This document shows positions 60,901 to 64,000 of a DNA stretch of 64,000 bases, one piece after another (position 1 is the first letter of the stretch; the number at the start of each line of letters is the position of its first letter). This DNA comes from Cetorhinus maximus (lineage: Eukaryota): contig NC_135901.1 in NCBI RefSeq assembly GCF_964194155.1, positions 27,466,001-27,530,000 of the forward strand, given 5' to 3'. The notes below the pieces were generated by a model, which saw only the letters and a list, made by a program, of their open reading frames with translations, was not told where the DNA came from and did no database searches. Position numbers and translations under genes: made by a program.

Positions 60901-61266
60901 AGATGTTGGACACAGGAGGAAATTTCAGTCTGTGTGAAGCTCAATCTTCATTCACACAAAGCCCGCGCTCTGATTGGCTGGAGAACCAGAGTCCTTCCGG
61001 TCCTCCAACTCTTCCCATTGGTCAGTCCCTCAGCACGACGGGAAGGGGGCGGGCTCTCCCCCGCACATGCGCAGCTTCCCCTCTCCCGAGTTCTCCGAGC
61101 GGCTTCTCGCTCTGTCCGGAGCTGTCAGCCGGATGCCTGGAAACCTTGGCTCGAGGAGGTGGAGGTGGAGGGGGAACAATGGGTGGGGGCGGGGCTCCGT
61201 GTCCGCGCGGGTGGGGTGGCGGGGCTCCCGTGTCCGCGCGCCTGGCCTGCAGACTGGAACCCGAGG
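60901..61266 (-). promoter_or_regulatory. Promoter/exon 1 of ZNF-I
   Basis: CCAAT-ETS-CCAAT, NRF1-like motif, donor 60895-60900; truncated on the right by Penelope. Confidence 0.75.
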
Positions 61267-62090
61267 ATAAAAGCAAAAAACTGCGGATGCTGAAAATCCA
61301 AAACAAAAACAAAAATACCTGGAAAAACTCAGCAGGTCTGACAGCATCTGCGGAGAGGAACAGTTAACGTTTCGAGTCCGAATGACTCTTCAACAGAACT
61401 AAGTAAAAATGGAATAGAGGTGAAATATAAGCTGGTTTAAGGGGGGGTGGGACAGGTAGAGCTGGATAGAGGGTCAGTGATAGGTGGAGAAAACCAAAAG
61501 ATGTCACAGACAGAAGGACAAAGAGGTGTTGAAGGTGGTGATATTATCTAAAGGAATGTGATCATTACGGGTAGAAAGCAGGACAAGCAAGGTACAGATA
61601 ACCCTGGGGGAAGGGATTGAAAAAGGCTAAAAGGTAGAGATTAAACAATGGATGGAAATTCATTTAAAAATAATGGAAATAGGTGGGAAAATAAAAATGT
61701 ATATAAATTATTGCAAAAAAGGGGGATCGGAAAGGGGGTGGGGATGCAGGAGAGAGTTCGTGATCTAAAATTGTTGAACTCAATATTCAGTCCGGAAGGC
61801 TGTAAAGTGCCTAGTCGGAAGATGAGGTGCTGTTCCTCCAGTTTGCGTTGAGCTTCACTGGAACATTGCAGCAAGCCAAGGATGGACATGTGGGCATGAG
61901 AGCAGGGTGGGGTGTTGAAATGGCAAGCGACAGAGAGGTCTGGGTCATGCTTGCGGACAGTCCGAAGGTGTTCCACAAAGCGGTCACCCAGTCTGCGTTT
62001 GTTCTCTCCAATGTAGTGGAAACTGCTTTGGGAGCAGCGAATGCAGTAGACTAAATTGAGGGAAGTGCAAGTGAAATGCTGCTTCACTTG
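61267..62090 (-). mobile_element. Penelope-like retroelement 3' part with GIY-YIG endonuclease and hammerhead motif
   Basis: ORF 61641-62087 NLVYCIRC....HYIGENKRRLGDRFVEH...RKLEEQHLIFRLGTLQPSGLN; hammerhead-like motif 61361-61401. Confidence 0.9.
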
Positions 62091-62370
62091 AAAGGGATTC
62101 GCTCAGTTATCCCACCTGCTGACACACCAACAAGTTCACACTGGAAAAGACCATTTACCCGCTCTCGATGTGGGAAGGATTCACTCAGACGTCCCATCTG
62201 CAGACACACCTGCAAGTTCACACTGGAGAGAGGCCCTTCATTTGCTCCATGTGTGGGAAGAGATTCGCTCTTTCATCCTACCTGCTGACACAACAACAGG
62301 TTCACACTGGGGAGAGGCTGTTCACCTGCTCTGAGTGTGAAAAGGGATTCACTTGGTTAATCACTATGGG
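62091..62370 (+). pseudogene. 3' remnant of a ZNF-D paralog
   Basis: Near-identical to 31064-31331 including the same frameshifts. Confidence 0.85.
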
Positions 62371-63970
62371 TATTAATTGTGTCAATTGAGGTAAAATATA
62401 TACAGGTGGAGGGCATTTATTAGATGGTTACTTGAGCACATATAGAGAGGCAACTACTGCCTCACAGCAGGGTGTAGTCAGGAGGCCTTTACCTGTAATG
62501 TTTCACTCTGTGAATAAATCCATCCAAAGTAAAGACTGGCACCAGTTTCTTCCTTCACCATCAGGCTGTCAGGATTATAACATGGTAACAGAGAATACTT
62601 GTCTAATAGTCGAGGTTGGAAACTAAAGGAAAATAACATTTCAGACAGAAGCTGACAATCCAAGTAGCTTTTGTGAGAAATGGCTGAAAACAAGTGGAAA
62701 TTGTCAGGGAATTGCCCTGAAGAAGGGTCATACGGACTCAAAAGGTTAACTCTGTTTCTCTCTCCACAGATGCTGCTATATCAGCTGAGTTTTTGCAGCC
62801 CTTTCTGTTTTTGTATCATATTTCCAGCATCTGCAGTAATTTACTTTTATATTATGGAAATTGTCAGGGTCTAATTACCTGCCGATGTTCTCGGTGTCTG
62901 AGCCACACGACCAGTGGAAGAATGAAGTGGATATGTGGACACGGGTTACGTCCCTACCAAGGAGGAAACAAGGTCTGGTCTTGGTATTGTCACTTCCCAA
63001 CAAAAGTAAAATCAGAAGCGAAGTATTTAGTGAGCTGGATGCCCGTCAGTTGGATACTGATGAAGGTTTGGATCTTCTATTCAGGTTCATTGACGAGATT
63101 TACAAGAAAGATGATCTATTGGATGCCTATGAAGCATAGTTGGACTTTGACAGATTTCGAATGAGGGTGAAAACATATTTAGCAGATTTGGATATATCAA
63201 CAAAAGACAGGATTGGAACAGCATTAATAGGTGAATGAACCCCAGGAATGCCAGAGAACAATTAACAGGTGTTTCAGGTCTGACTCAAAATATCATTATG
63301 TGATGAACTGCCCAAAGTGGAAAATGAGGGTCTTCGAAGTGACACATGACACAGAGAATTCTGAGGCTGAAGATGATGATGATGATGATCACTTTGAAGG
63401 AATTGTACTAGTCACAAGGAGCTTTGGTCCAGTGATGAGTGTGTTAGTGACAGACTCATTCAACTGTGCTGTGTTAGACAGTGGCTGCACCTCGGCAGTA
63501 TGTGGATCAGATTGGTGAAAATGTTACCCAGATTCACCTCATAGTGAGGATCGACACAGGATTAAGGAGTATGAAAGTTCTACTTGTTTAGGTTTGGTGA
63601 TGTGAACACATTGAAGTCACTAAAAAGAGTTGTGATTTCATGCAAAATAGCTGGAGTCAGCCACTTTATCAGGACTGGTGTAGACTCTAGTAAGATACCC
63701 TTCCTGTTGAGTATTCCTTCCATGAAAAAGGCACAAATGCAACTGGACATGGAGCAAGATAAGGCAATTGATTTTGGAAAGTCAGTGGATCTGCAGTTGA
63801 CTCAGTCAGGACATTATCGTGTCCCCTTAACAATACTTGATGTTTCTAATCAGAGTGTTTGAGAAGGATTAATGGCATCAGGAGATAAGAATCAGAGAAA
63901 AAACGCAAATTGTCTTTCAGCTACACACAGACAATTTGCTCATCCTTCTTGTCAAAGATTTAAAATCCAA
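62371..63970 (+). mobile_element. Copia-type element, paralog of 31462-33875
   Basis: LTR 62371-62582, PBS 62583-62593, same 145-bp insert with TSD, gag, protease, integrase start LHRQFAHPS. Confidence 0.88.
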
Positions 63971-64000
63971 CTTCATGTCCGGGACAGAGAGACCTGAAAT

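Overview
Eukaryotic, repeat-rich vertebrate DNA, most likely from a cartilaginous fish (inferred from the CR1/L2/Penelope/DeuSINE-type repeat content and the '[14 protein letters not shown]' zinc-finger family). The window is a birth-and-death cluster of about 11 short C2H2 zinc-finger genes or remnants, with no KRAB, SCAN or BTB domain visible. All are built from one duplicated cassette: CpG-rich, often bidirectional promoter; short non-coding exon 1; intron; exon 2 with an ~360-nt leader of decayed 'ghost' fingers; finger array; conserved 3'UTR. One gene looks fully intact (45064-45738), one has an unusually homogenised 19-finger array (29518-31305), and most others carry stops or frameshifts. 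Some cassettes have lost the finger exon entirely. Also present: a 5.5-kb degenerate (TTAGGG)n-like array just downstream of one promoter; a Copia-type LTR element inserted at one finger codon and co-duplicated with four genes; Penelope remnants with minimal hammerhead motifs; CR1/L2 LINEs, SINEs, solo LTRs, a MITE, segmental duplications and a 162-nt N gap. All calls are by eye; boundaries of degenerate repeats are approximate.
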